Source: a virus (taxonomy: Duplodnaviria > Caudoviricetes). From it: a stretch of DNA of 64,000 bases. Made by a program: the position numbers and the translations under genes. The notes under the pieces were generated by a model, which saw nothing but the letters and a program-made list of their open reading frames with translations, was not told the origin of the DNA and ran no database searches. The stretch spans positions 7,103-71,102 of IMG/VR virus record IMGVR_UViG_3300048881_000548; one strand, written 5' to 3'. This document shows positions 53,271-61,386 of the stretch, one piece after another. Numbering within the stretch: the stretch's first letter is position 1; every line of letters starts with the position of its first letter.

Positions 53271-54185
53271 TTACCAGAGGCTTTGCTTACGGATGCCGTC
53301 GGGCTTGAAGGGCGCGGCGGCTTTGGATTCGCTGACCTTCTTGAAGAAGGTCACGTTGCACACGGCGCGGTGGTAGTAGTGCTCTCCCACCTCGGCGTAG
53401 GTCTTGCCGCACTGCGCCAGCCATTTGTCGAGGATGGCGCGCATGGCTGGACTGAGCTGCGTCGTGCCCTTCTGATTCGACACGGCCACGGTCATTGGAG
53501 TAGCGTCGAAGACAAACTCGCCGTCTCGCATCGCCGGCAAAAGAATGCCGCCGTTAGCCGTGGCCTGGATCCAGCTCGTCGAGTCGACGCTGTGCCAGGG
53601 GTAGCGGAAGATGAGCGAGACCGACGTCATGCCGAAGCCGTGGGTTTTGACGAGCGGCTTGCCGTCGGCGTCAGTGATGCGCTTGAAAAGGCGGTCGAGC
53701 CAATGCTTGCGCATTACGCCAGGAATGCCCACGAGGCCGCCAATACCGATGTAGTCGCAGCCGTAGTCGAGCATGCGCTGCAGGAAGGCGAAGTCCTCCC
53801 CGTAATGGTAGACGGGGAGAGGATCGAGGCCCTCGGCCTTCATGTACAGATAGTTCTTCCACGTCGCCTCAGCAGCTTGTTGGCGCTGCAGCTCGGTCGC
53901 GGCCTTTCCAGGCGTCCCAGGGATCACGTCAAGGCAGGCATAGACCTCGATATGCTCGATGTTGGCCTTGATGAAGGCGCAATACTCGTCGAGGTCAATG
54001 GCCGTGCCACGGCTCCAGGCTGAGTAGGCGCCGCTGTCGAGGAAGAAGCTGAATTCAGATGGATCGATCATGATTCTTGGTGTCCTATCGTCTGAGAAGG
54101 GCGCAAGCCACCGAAGCACCTCTCTCTCTCTGGTGGCCCGTAGAGCCTTCATGTAATCGGGAGACCCTCCGGGCCACAGAATCAT
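53271..54185 (-). CDS. dpdA: DpdA/TGT-like 7-deazaguanine DNA transglycosylase
   Basis: FLDSGAYSAW, LDVIP, PVYHYGE, YIGIGG, HGFG and PWHSVDSTSW; directly downstream of queC-folE. Confidence 0.8.
   Translation of the reverse strand: MILWPGGSPDYMKALRATREREVLRWLAPFSDDRTPRIMIDPSEFSFFLDSGAYSAWSRGTAIDLDEYCAFIKANIEHIEVYACLDVIPGTPGKAATELQRQQAAEATWKNYLYMKAEGLDPLPVYHYGEDFAFLQRMLDYGCDYIGIGGLVGIPGVMRKHWLDRLFKRITDADGKPLVKTHGFGMTSVSLIFRYPWHSVDSTSWIQATANGGILLPAMRDGEFVFDATPMTVAVSNQKGTTQLSPAMRAILDKWLAQCGKTYAEVGEHYYHRAVCNVTFFKKVSESKAAAPFKPDGIRKQSLW
54120..54131. repeat. (CT)6/(AG)6 dinucleotide tract
   Basis: CTCTCTCTCTCT in the 5' part of the dpdA-like gene. Confidence 0.6.
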
Positions 54186-54187
54186 GG

Positions 54188-54802
54188 CTACCCCTTCACG
54201 AAGGCCATGAACTCGGCGCGAGCCTTGTCTTGGTCCTTGATGGCACCGCGGAGCGCCGAGGTGATGGTCGACGAGCCCTGCTTCTTGATGCCCCGCGAGC
54301 ACATGCAGAAGTGCTTTGCTTCGATGACGACGCCGACGCCGATAGGATCCAGGTGGTCCACGAGGGCCTGGGCAATCTCGTTGGTGAGGCGCTCCTGCAC
54401 CTGCAGACGATGCGCGAAGACGTCTGCCAGCCGCGCGAGCTTCGACAGGCCGACAATCTTGCCGTTGGGGATGTAGGCGATGTGGGCAACGCCGAAGAAG
54501 GGCGCCAGGTGGTGCTCACAGTGGCTGTAGATCTCGATGTCCTTGACGACCACCATCTCGTCGACGCCCTTGGCGCCATCCTCGAAGGTCTTGAGGATCT
54601 CACCGGGATCCTGATCGTAGCCGCTCGTCCACTCTGCCCAGGCCTTGGCAACGCGCATAGGCGTTTCCACGAGGCCTGGGCGCTTCGGGTTCTCGCCGAT
54701 GGCCTTGAGCAGGGTCTCGACGGCCCCCGCCGCGACCTCCAGCATGACGGGGCTTTTCAGCAGGCTGTAGCGCTTGTAATCGCCCATGTTCGGGTTAGCC
54801 AT
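54188..54802 (-). CDS. folE: GTP cyclohydrolase I
   Basis: GLVETP.RVA, SHCEHH..PF.G, GLSKLAR, RLQVQERLT and H.CM.SRG. Confidence 0.97.
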   Translation of the reverse strand: MANPNMGDYKRYSLLKSPVMLEVAAGAVETLLKAIGENPKRPGLVETPMRVAKAWAEWTSGYDQDPGEILKTFEDGAKGVDEMVVVKDIEIYSHCEHHLAPFFGVAHIAYIPNGKIVGLSKLARLADVFAHRLQVQERLTNEIAQALVDHLDPIGVGVVIEAKHFCMCSRGIKKQGSSTITSALRGAIKDQDKARAEFMAFVKG

Positions 54803-55679
54803 TGCTCTTGACCCCTTCCATGGAAGTGGCGCTGCGCTGGTCCTTCTGCCGCCAGCTCTCGATGGTCTGCTCGTGGCGCGTGATGGCATCCATGAGGCCC
54901 TGGGGCACGCGCTGGTAGTTGGCCGACTCGGGAATGGGCATGAGGCCATCCATGAGAGCCCGCACGATAAGGGGATCGGGCACGCCGGCTTCCTTGAAGC
55001 CATGGGCACGCAGCACCGTGGCGTGGTCCTTGCCCACGGGCGGATACTGGCCGTCGTAGGCCGTGTGGCTGAAGGCCAGCCAGGCAAACTTGTCGATGCC
55101 CAGGCGCTCGAGTCGGTCGATGCTTTGCGCCTTGCTCAGCTTCATGAGAGGCGTGAGGATGTCGATGAAGCGGTCGTCTCGTGCCGAATAGCCGAGAGCT
55201 TGATTGATGGCCTCCATCTGGTAGTTGATGAAGACCTGGCGGCAGTCCGGATAGTTGGCGTTGTCGGCCTCGCAGACGCCAGTCATGATCGTCTGTGCGC
55301 CCAGCACGGCAGCGCGATTCGCGGCGAGCGTGAGGAAGAGGGCGTTGCGCATCGGCACGAAAGTCTTCTCGACGCGGTCGCCGATGATGGCCGCCATGCT
55401 GTCGTGGTCCTTGTATTGCTCCAGCTCCTGGCTGGAATCGGTGAGCGGGCTCGTGCCCTTGAGGATGGGGCCGATCTCCACGAGTTCGTGACTGTCGACG
55501 CCAGCCAGGCGTGCGATGACGTAGGCGGCATCGATCTCGCGGCGGTGGCGCTGGGCATAGTCGAAGGTGACGGCATGCACCTCTCGGCACTCGCCGCGCG
55601 CCTTCATGTCCATGGCGATGGCAAGGCAGGTCGTGGAATCTTGGCCGCCGCTGAGGACGACGAGAACTTTCTTGGTCAT
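54795..55679 (-). CDS. queC: 7-cyano-7-deazaguanine synthase (variant lacking the Zn-binding Cys)
   Basis: LSGGQDSTTC, FDY.QRH..E, TFVP.RN..FL and YPDCR. Confidence 0.93.
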   Translation of the reverse strand: MTKKVLVVLSGGQDSTTCLAIAMDMKARGECREVHAVTFDYAQRHRREIDAAYVIARLAGVDSHELVEIGPILKGTSPLTDSSQELEQYKDHDSMAAIIGDRVEKTFVPMRNALFLTLAANRAAVLGAQTIMTGVCEADNANYPDCRQVFINYQMEAINQALGYSARDDRFIDILTPLMKLSKAQSIDRLERLGIDKFAWLAFSHTAYDGQYPPVGKDHATVLRAHGFKEAGVPDPLIVRALMDGLMPIPESANYQRVPQGLMDAITRHEQTIESWRQKDQRSATSMEGVKSNG

Positions 55680-55704
55680 GATGGAAACTCCGTGATGGGG
55701 AATG

Positions 55705-55737
55705 AAAAAGGGCCCAGGCAGATATACCGGGGCCCTT
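55705..55737 (-). terminator. Intrinsic terminator with a GTATAnnT motif in its loop
   Basis: AAGGGCCC...GGTATATCTG...GGGCCCTTTTT on the minus strand. Confidence 0.75.
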
Positions 55738-55760
55738 GCCTCACTGGCCGAGCGGCCGTC

Positions 55761-56741
55761 TTACTTCAGGCGCTTCGCATCCTTCAGGATCGCGATGAAC
55801 TTGTGCGCGCTCTTGTAGTTGATGCTGACGGTGTTTTCCTTGAAGTTCAGGCCTTCCTTCTTGAGCTGCTTGATGATGTCGGCCTCGCTGATCTCCAGGT
55901 CTTCGGCGATGAGTTCCTGGATGCGGGTGCCGACGCTCGCGCCGCCTTCGTTGGTCGAGCGCGTGCGGGCCTCGTCCTTGGCGGGCTCTTCCTTGTCCTT
56001 GCTGCTGCCACGACCGCGGCGAGGTGCATCTTCTTCTTCCTTCGCCGCCTTGCCGGCCTTCTCGGGGAGAAGCGACTTGATGCCGTCGAATTCGTAGTCG
56101 TATTCCTCGCCGTCGTCGCCCTTGAGCAGGAAGCCCTTGTCGTCGATCTCGACGATCTTGCCGGCGATTTCCTTGCCGCGCTTGGTCACGAGCACGGCGC
56201 GGTCGCCCTCCTTCAGCTCGGGTTCCTCGGGCTCGGCCACCGGCTCGCTGCGGCTGCGGCCACGCGGCTTTTCTTCTTCGGCCACCACGTCGAGGGTCTT
56301 GCACGTCTTCATGTTGAAGTCGAAGTAATCGCCGCCATCGCCCAGGTCGAGTACCAGAACGTCGCCGTCGATCTCGACCACCTTGCCCTTGACTTCCTTG
56401 CCACGCGCCGTCACGCCGACGATGTTGGAGCCCACTTCGGCCTGCTTGGGCTTGTCCTTCTTCTCGTCGTCGGCATCAGCCGAGCGGCGGCTGCGGCGCG
56501 GGGCTTCTTCCTCTTCTTCCTTTTCCAGGTCGGGGAAGTCGACGATGGCTTCCTTCTTGTTCTTGGCCTTGGCCGCCGCGTTGTACCAGTCCTGGGCCTC
56601 GTCGCTCAGCTTGTCCCACTGGGGGTCGCCGAGGCTGGCCGTGGCTTTGACGAGTTCGACGAAGAACTTCTGCTTGTCGTCGCCGTCCTTGAATTTGACG
56701 CCGGTGGCTTTGCTGAGTTCGGAATAGATTGCGCTCTTCAT
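55761..56741 (-). CDS. Highly charged protein with two tandem small beta-barrel repeats and C-terminal HTH-like region
   Basis: Repeats VTARGKEVKGKVVEID and VTKRGKEIAGKIVEID; W..LS.EAQ.WYN N-domain. Confidence 0.75.
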   Translation of the reverse strand: MKSAIYSELSKATGVKFKDGDDKQKFFVELVKATASLGDPQWDKLSDEAQDWYNAAAKAKNKKEAIVDFPDLEKEEEEEAPRRSRRSADADDEKKDKPKQAEVGSNIVGVTARGKEVKGKVVEIDGDVLVLDLGDGGDYFDFNMKTCKTLDVVAEEEKPRGRSRSEPVAEPEEPELKEGDRAVLVTKRGKEIAGKIVEIDDKGFLLKGDDGEEYDYEFDGIKSLLPEKAGKAAKEEEDAPRRGRGSSKDKEEPAKDEARTRSTNEGGASVGTRIQELIAEDLEISEADIIKQLKKEGLNFKENTVSINYKSAHKFIAILKDAKRLK

Positions 56742-56792
56742 TTGCTGTGTGCTCCGTTAGTGAAAGCTGGTTGACTAGCCGAAATGGCTGGG

Positions 56793-56802
56793 GAAATATA
56801 CG
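56793..56802 (-). promoter_or_regulatory. GTATAnnT candidate phage promoter (CGTATATTTC)
   Basis: Intergenic, sense orientation, about 50 nt before the 56741 start. Confidence 0.55.
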
Positions 56803-56819
56803 GGGGATTTTGGTGGGCT

Positions 56820-57374
56820 CTATTTCGTGAAGTGGTCCTCCACTAATTGCATGACGTCCATGCCTTCGTCTAGGCCCAGTAAGCGACAGATGCGCTTGCT
56901 GCCGTCCGTCTTGCGGCGGCCCTTGGCGCTCCAGCCACGAAGGGCTAAGTCGAGGATCTCCTGGGGGGCCTGAAGGAAGAGATTCACGACGGCTTGCACC
57001 TCGCGAGGTGCCTGGCGGATGGCAACGCCTAGTGCGCCATCGTTGTCGAGATCCCCCACGAGTTCGACTGCGTAGTCGGAGTCATAGCTCTCCTGCTCGC
57101 TGCGCGCCAGTAGCGGCACCATGGCGCGCAGCTTCGTGTCGTCGTTGGCGAGATCCGTGAGCTTGTTGTGCCACGCCATCTTGAAGAGCGCCATGAACTG
57201 CGGGGCCTCCACGCCAGGGTATTTGTGGGCCACGCGCAGGAAGGCGCAGCGGGCCTCCTGCATGGCGTCATCCATCGTGCAGGAAGCCTCGATACGCCAG
57301 AAGTTCGTCTTCAGCGAATTGACGACGAAGCCCTCAATGGGGCCCTTGAATACGGGTTCATACGAGCTGGACAC
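56820..57374 (-). CDS. Sigma-70 region 2-like phage transcription factor
   Basis: DDAMQEARCAFLRVAHKY...QFMALFKMAWHNKLTDL matches the sigma region 2 pattern; AAGGAG before a GTG start. Confidence 0.65.
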   Translation of the reverse strand: MSSSYEPVFKGPIEGFVVNSLKTNFWRIEASCTMDDAMQEARCAFLRVAHKYPGVEAPQFMALFKMAWHNKLTDLANDDTKLRAMVPLLARSEQESYDSDYAVELVGDLDNDGALGVAIRQAPREVQAVVNLFLQAPQEILDLALRGWSAKGRRKTDGSKRICRLLGLDEGMDVMQLVEDHFTK

Positions 57375-57729
57375 GGCTTCTCCTTGGTTGGGGTTCATCT
57401 TCCACTGCTACGCGCGTGCGCTTGCGGGGCTGAGGCTCTTCATCGGGGGCGAGGGACTCCCGCTTTCGGCGCGGGAGGATGAAGGGCTCGGGCTTGGGCA
57501 GCGTCTCTCCAGCCTGGAGGCGCTTGAGGAGGTCGGGGATGTCCACGCTCATGATGTCGCGCACGGCTGGGGCTATCCAGCGGTCGACGCCATCGGTGAC
57601 GCCCACGGCATCCCACTCGCCTGGGATGAGGTAAAGGCGCACGTCGCGATTGCGGCAGAGATCGTGGGCATAGGCGAGCAAGCGGCATCCCGCGAAGTCG
57701 CTGTTCATGTAGGTCTTCCAATTCGCCAT
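57358..57729 (-). CDS. Hypothetical protein with three C-terminal Arg-rich repeats
   Basis: GGAG RBS; PRRKRESL, PRKRTRVAV and PRRSRVQLV. Confidence 0.7.
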   Translation of the reverse strand: MANWKTYMNSDFAGCRLLAYAHDLCRNRDVRLYLIPGEWDAVGVTDGVDRWIAPAVRDIMSVDIPDLLKRLQAGETLPKPEPFILPRRKRESLAPDEEPQPRKRTRVAVEDEPQPRRSRVQLV

Positions 57730-57738
57730 TGGCGGCTC

Positions 57739-58755
57739 CTAGAGGGCTTGCGCCCATTCTTCTACTTCGTCAGGTGAAAGGGCCCCGCCGTCCTTGCTGC
57801 CGAAGGGTACGGCAGCCACAGTGACGTTGGGGAGAAAGGCTAGGTCTTGCTGCATCCGCATCGAGTCCATGACGGCGAGCCGGTCGGCATTGTCCATCAT
57901 GACGACCACGCGCTCGAATTTGTCGGAGGCCTCCTGCAGGAGAAAGGCCTGGGCGTCTTGGATGCTGTTCGTAGAGAGCGCCGTCGAGCGCACGCCGAAG
58001 CGGCGCCCATAGAAGTCCACCTTGAGGGCATCGAAGGGGCCTTCCTGCAGCACAAGAGCCTTGCCGCCACTCGAGATGGCGTCATGGTTGTAGAGCGTCG
58101 CCTTGGGCGGCAGGATGGATTCCTCGACCTCCAGGTCGCGATAGCGGATCTTGGCCTCACCAATGGCGCGGCCCGTCCACGTGACGAGGAGGCCGTCCAG
58201 GTAATAAGGCAGGATCACGCGGTGGCTCCAAACGTCTTCGACGCCAGCGCAAATGCCGTAGAGGCGCCCTAGCTTGTCGACGTCTCCAGCGCGGTCGAAG
58301 CCTCGCTCGTCGACGAGATACTCGAAGTGCCTACGCGTGCGGCCACGCGGCTCGACGATGCGAAAGCCTGGGTCGAGGTGCAGCTTGCGGCGCTGCACTT
58401 CTTCCTTGCGCCCAGTGCCGCCCATGCGCCCCATGAAGGCCGCCGCGATGGCGTCGAAGCCCTCGGGGTCTACGTAATCATCGCCAAGGCCCGCAATCTC
58501 CCTGGCCATGCCGTAGGGCACGCCAAGAAGCTTCATGATGAGGCGCAGGGGGCTCTTGCCGCTGTGCTGCCTGCGGTTACGCCAGCACGAATACCAGCCG
58601 GTCTCCCGGCTGAGCCCCATGTGCATGGAGGGATCCGCGGTGCCGCAGAAAGGGCAGCGGATGCCGATCTCGCCGCGCTTGATGTTGGCACCGCTCTCCG
58701 CATAGGGGATGCGACGCTCTCGGAGAAGTTTCTCCCAGTCGAAAACGCGAGCCAC
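57739..58755 (-). CDS. DNA primase (Zn-binding plus TOPRIM)
   Basis: CPFCG..D...H...CWR, TGRAI, LYN, EGPFDA and DNAD. Confidence 0.88.
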   Translation of the reverse strand: MARVFDWEKLLRERRIPYAESGANIKRGEIGIRCPFCGTADPSMHMGLSRETGWYSCWRNRRQHSGKSPLRLIMKLLGVPYGMAREIAGLGDDYVDPEGFDAIAAAFMGRMGGTGRKEEVQRRKLHLDPGFRIVEPRGRTRRHFEYLVDERGFDRAGDVDKLGRLYGICAGVEDVWSHRVILPYYLDGLLVTWTGRAIGEAKIRYRDLEVEESILPPKATLYNHDAISSGGKALVLQEGPFDALKVDFYGRRFGVRSTALSTNSIQDAQAFLLQEASDKFERVVVMMDNADRLAVMDSMRMQQDLAFLPNVTVAAVPFGSKDGGALSPDEVEEWAQAL

Positions 58756-58757
58756 GA

Positions 58758-58931
58758 TTAGCCGCCTTTGTGGTCTTGAAGGAAGCGCATCCAATTAGGG
58801 AAGCCCTGCTCCTGAGCGATCTGATCCAGGGCTTCGGCGTGCTTCATTCCGGGAGTTGCCTTTTTTAGGTTCCAGGCCTTTTGCTTGAGGGCCTGGAGCA
58901 GCGGGTCAGGCTGCTCTTTTGGGGTGTGCAT
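58758..58931 (-). CDS. 57-aa helical protein
   Basis: LKQKA..LKK..GMKHAEALDQIAQEQGFPNW; translated by hand. Confidence 0.6.
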   Translation of the reverse strand: MHTPKEQPDPLLQALKQKAWNLKKATPGMKHAEALDQIAQEQGFPNWMRFLQDHKGG

Positions 58932-58934
58932 GGT

Positions 58935-59291
58935 TCAGCGCTTGAGGGATGCAAAGAATGCCGTGATAGCCTTACGGATAGCGAGCTGCCCGAGCTGCCC
59001 GAGTTCCCGCTGTTCGCCCAGGTACACCTCACGAGCCTGAAAGAGCTGCTGGATCATCCTGCTCTTGTCGAGGCCCAGCCTTGGCGCCACGATGAGAGCT
59101 ACCTCGCCGCGCTTGAAACCGACCGAGCTGCGCTCCAGCCTCTCCCAGAGCCCAGGGCTGAAATGTGCGAACTCACTGAGAGCCGCGCCCCCTCGGGGAA
59201 GCGGGTCGTCCTCGACCTCGAATGGATGAGGGACGTCTTGAAATTCGGGTTGGCTCTCGCTGAGCCGCCCCGTGGGCGATGGCTTGGACAT
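58935..59291 (-). CDS. Hypothetical protein
   Basis: RBS AAGGAG; GFKRGEVALIVAP segment. Confidence 0.6.
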   Translation of the reverse strand: MSKPSPTGRLSESQPEFQDVPHPFEVEDDPLPRGGAALSEFAHFSPGLWERLERSSVGFKRGEVALIVAPRLGLDKSRMIQQLFQAREVYLGEQRELGQLGQLAIRKAITAFFASLKR

Positions 59292-59317
59292 TGGGGGATG
59301 CTCCTTGTGGATGCAGA

Positions 59318-59329
59318 GATTATATAAAG
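59318..59329 (-). promoter_or_regulatory. Candidate promoter -10 box (CTTTATATAATC)
   Basis: Intergenic; identical to 43491-43502. Confidence 0.55.
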
Positions 59330-59332
59330 GCT

Positions 59333-60898
59333 TTACTTCTCATGCGCCGCCGTAAGGAAGAATTTTTTCGACGGCAGCTTCCCGTTGACGACGCGCTCAT
59401 GGCAATCGATGCCCTCGGCGATGTTGGCGAGGATCCCGGCGTCAAGGCTCTTGTCCATGATCTGGTCGATGATGAAGACGCGGTGCTCCTGGCCTTCGCG
59501 ATGCGCCCGCTTCTCGGCCTGCTTGCGGATCGTGGGGCTCGTCGGCGTCTCGTAGAAGTCGATGTAGTGCGCCACCTTCTGGAGGCCGTCGGTGCCCGTG
59601 CCCCCAGCCACAGTGTTCATCACCAGCACGCGTGTCTTCGCATCCGTCATGAAGCGCTTCATGAGGCCCGCACGATCCTTGGTGCCGCCGTAGAGCCATT
59701 CGACCTTGTGGCCCTCAGCCTTGAGGCGCTCGACGATCATGCGGCCTGTTTCCGTGTAGTCGTAGCACACGATGATCTTCTTCTGCCCCAGCTCGGCCAC
59801 GATGGAGACAAGGCCCTCCAGCTTCGGGTTGTGCTTGAAGTGGATGATGTGCTCTCCGTGCTCATCCTTCCACGCCAGGTAGCCGCTGGCTATCTGACGC
59901 ATGCGGATCCACTGGGCATCGAGGTTGCTGAGCACGCCGCCAGCGTTGATGAGCCCTTCCAGGGCGCGCAGATAGTGCTCACGCTGCTCTTCACCCATGT
60001 CGTAGACCTTGCGCACGTAGCGGCGCTTGGGCAAGTCGCTGATCTCGTAATCTTCATAGCGGATGCTCTTGTGCTGCAGCATGCGGTGCAGCTCGTGGTC
60101 CATGCGCTTGTTGTAGCGGTAGACCACGCCCTTCCAGGGGTTGGCCTTCTCCGTGAAGAAGGCCGCGCGAAAGAGGCCCAGCGTATCGCCGAAGGTCTCG
60201 CCTTGATCGACGAGCTTGAACTGCGCCCACAGATCTTCGACCTCGGCGCCGAAGAGCGTGCCCGTGGCGGCATAGACAAAGTCAGCGCGCTTGGCGAGCT
60301 TCTGCATGATGCTGTATTGCAGGTTGTCTTTGTTGCTCAGCGAATGGCTTTCATCGGGGGCCACGAAGTTGTAGAGCTTCTGGGCTTGCCGCACGAGGCG
60401 CTCGTCGCGCTCCAGGCCGCCGCCCTTCTTCTTTTTGCTCAGCGCCAGGCGCAGGCCTTGGTAGTCGATGATCGTGGCCTCTCCAGTTGGATTAAGCAAG
60501 CGGAAGCGCTTCTCCTCGATCTCGGAGACGTCGATGCGGTTGGGCTCCAGGTTCGAGTGCTCGTCGACGGCGCGCACCCAGCTGTCGATGTTGATGATGC
60601 GCGGCACCGTGATGAGGGCGCGCTCGACGCGCTTCTCCCGAACGAGCTGCGTGAGAACGTCGAGGATGATCTTGGTCTTGCCCGTGCCCATGTCGAGCAG
60701 CAGCAGGAAGCGCGGCTCACAGAGGCAGATGTAGAAGCATACGAGCTGGTGCAGCCAGGGCACGGTCTTGAAGCGGGGCCGCACCTTGAGATAGGAGAGC
60801 TCCCGCTCGATTTTCTCAAGGGGGAGCTTCTTCATCCAGACGTAGCTATTGAGGTCGCGCTCCAGGTATTCGGCGACCGCACGGCGGCTAATGAGCAT
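59333..60898 (-). CDS. SNF2-family (SF2) helicase
   Basis: HQ, DMGTGKT, DESH, ATGT, GTDGLQ and QAEKRAHREGQ. Confidence 0.92.
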   Translation of the reverse strand: MLISRRAVAEYLERDLNSYVWMKKLPLEKIERELSYLKVRPRFKTVPWLHQLVCFYICLCEPRFLLLLDMGTGKTKIILDVLTQLVREKRVERALITVPRIINIDSWVRAVDEHSNLEPNRIDVSEIEEKRFRLLNPTGEATIIDYQGLRLALSKKKKGGGLERDERLVRQAQKLYNFVAPDESHSLSNKDNLQYSIMQKLAKRADFVYAATGTLFGAEVEDLWAQFKLVDQGETFGDTLGLFRAAFFTEKANPWKGVVYRYNKRMDHELHRMLQHKSIRYEDYEISDLPKRRYVRKVYDMGEEQREHYLRALEGLINAGGVLSNLDAQWIRMRQIASGYLAWKDEHGEHIIHFKHNPKLEGLVSIVAELGQKKIIVCYDYTETGRMIVERLKAEGHKVEWLYGGTKDRAGLMKRFMTDAKTRVLVMNTVAGGTGTDGLQKVAHYIDFYETPTSPTIRKQAEKRAHREGQEHRVFIIDQIMDKSLDAGILANIAEGIDCHERVVNGKLPSKKFFLTAAHEK

Positions 60899-61139
60899 GG
60901 GCGGCAAGCTCCTTGCGCTCTTGCTCTTCCGTCCTGCGGATATAGCCGTCATCAAAACGCAAGTAGCCCCCGCACAGAGGGCAAAGCGCTTCGTTGTTGG
61001 GCCCTGGGACGGGAGGAGCGCCGTGCCGGTCGTAGAACATTCTCGTTTGCACGACCTCGCCCACGTTGGGGATGGCATCGGCAAAGAGAGCCGCGCCCCA
61101 GCAGCGTGGGCACTTCAAGCTGAATGTGAACGTTTTCAT
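60888..61139 (-). CDS. Small Zn-ribbon protein
   Basis: CPRC...CPLC. Confidence 0.6.
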   Translation of the reverse strand: MKTFTFSLKCPRCWGAALFADAIPNVGEVVQTRMFYDRHGAPPVPGPNNEALCPLCGGYLRFDDGYIRRTEEQERKELAAHAH

Positions 61140-61384
61140 GGCTTCTGTTCCTGAAGGCTGCGCCACCACCTGCGGGCGTCGCTCAGCTTGTAGTAGTTGC
61201 GAAAAGGAGAGGCCGTCGATCTGGCCTCACGAAATGGCTTGAGGCCGGGGTGGCGGCGCATGAGGCCTAGCAAGTGGCTCTCCGTCGTCTTTAGGCGGAT
61301 GGCAAGCTCTGCCACCGTGTAGAGCGGCTCCTTGGGGCTGGGCCGCATGTTCTGCGCGCCAAAATTCCATTTCCAGGCTGTCAT
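61136..61384 (-). CDS. Small HTH/excisionase-like DNA-binding protein
   Basis: LYTVAELAIRLKTT...YYKLSD..RWW. Confidence 0.6.
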   Translation of the reverse strand: MTAWKWNFGAQNMRPSPKEPLYTVAELAIRLKTTESHLLGLMRRHPGLKPFREARSTASPFRNYYKLSDARRWWRSLQEQKP

Positions 61385-61386
61385 GG

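Noticed and set aside
61136-61384. Lysogeny module implied by the excisionase-like HTH
   Set aside because: No integrase, repressor or att-like context in the window. The small HTH lies within the replication operon.
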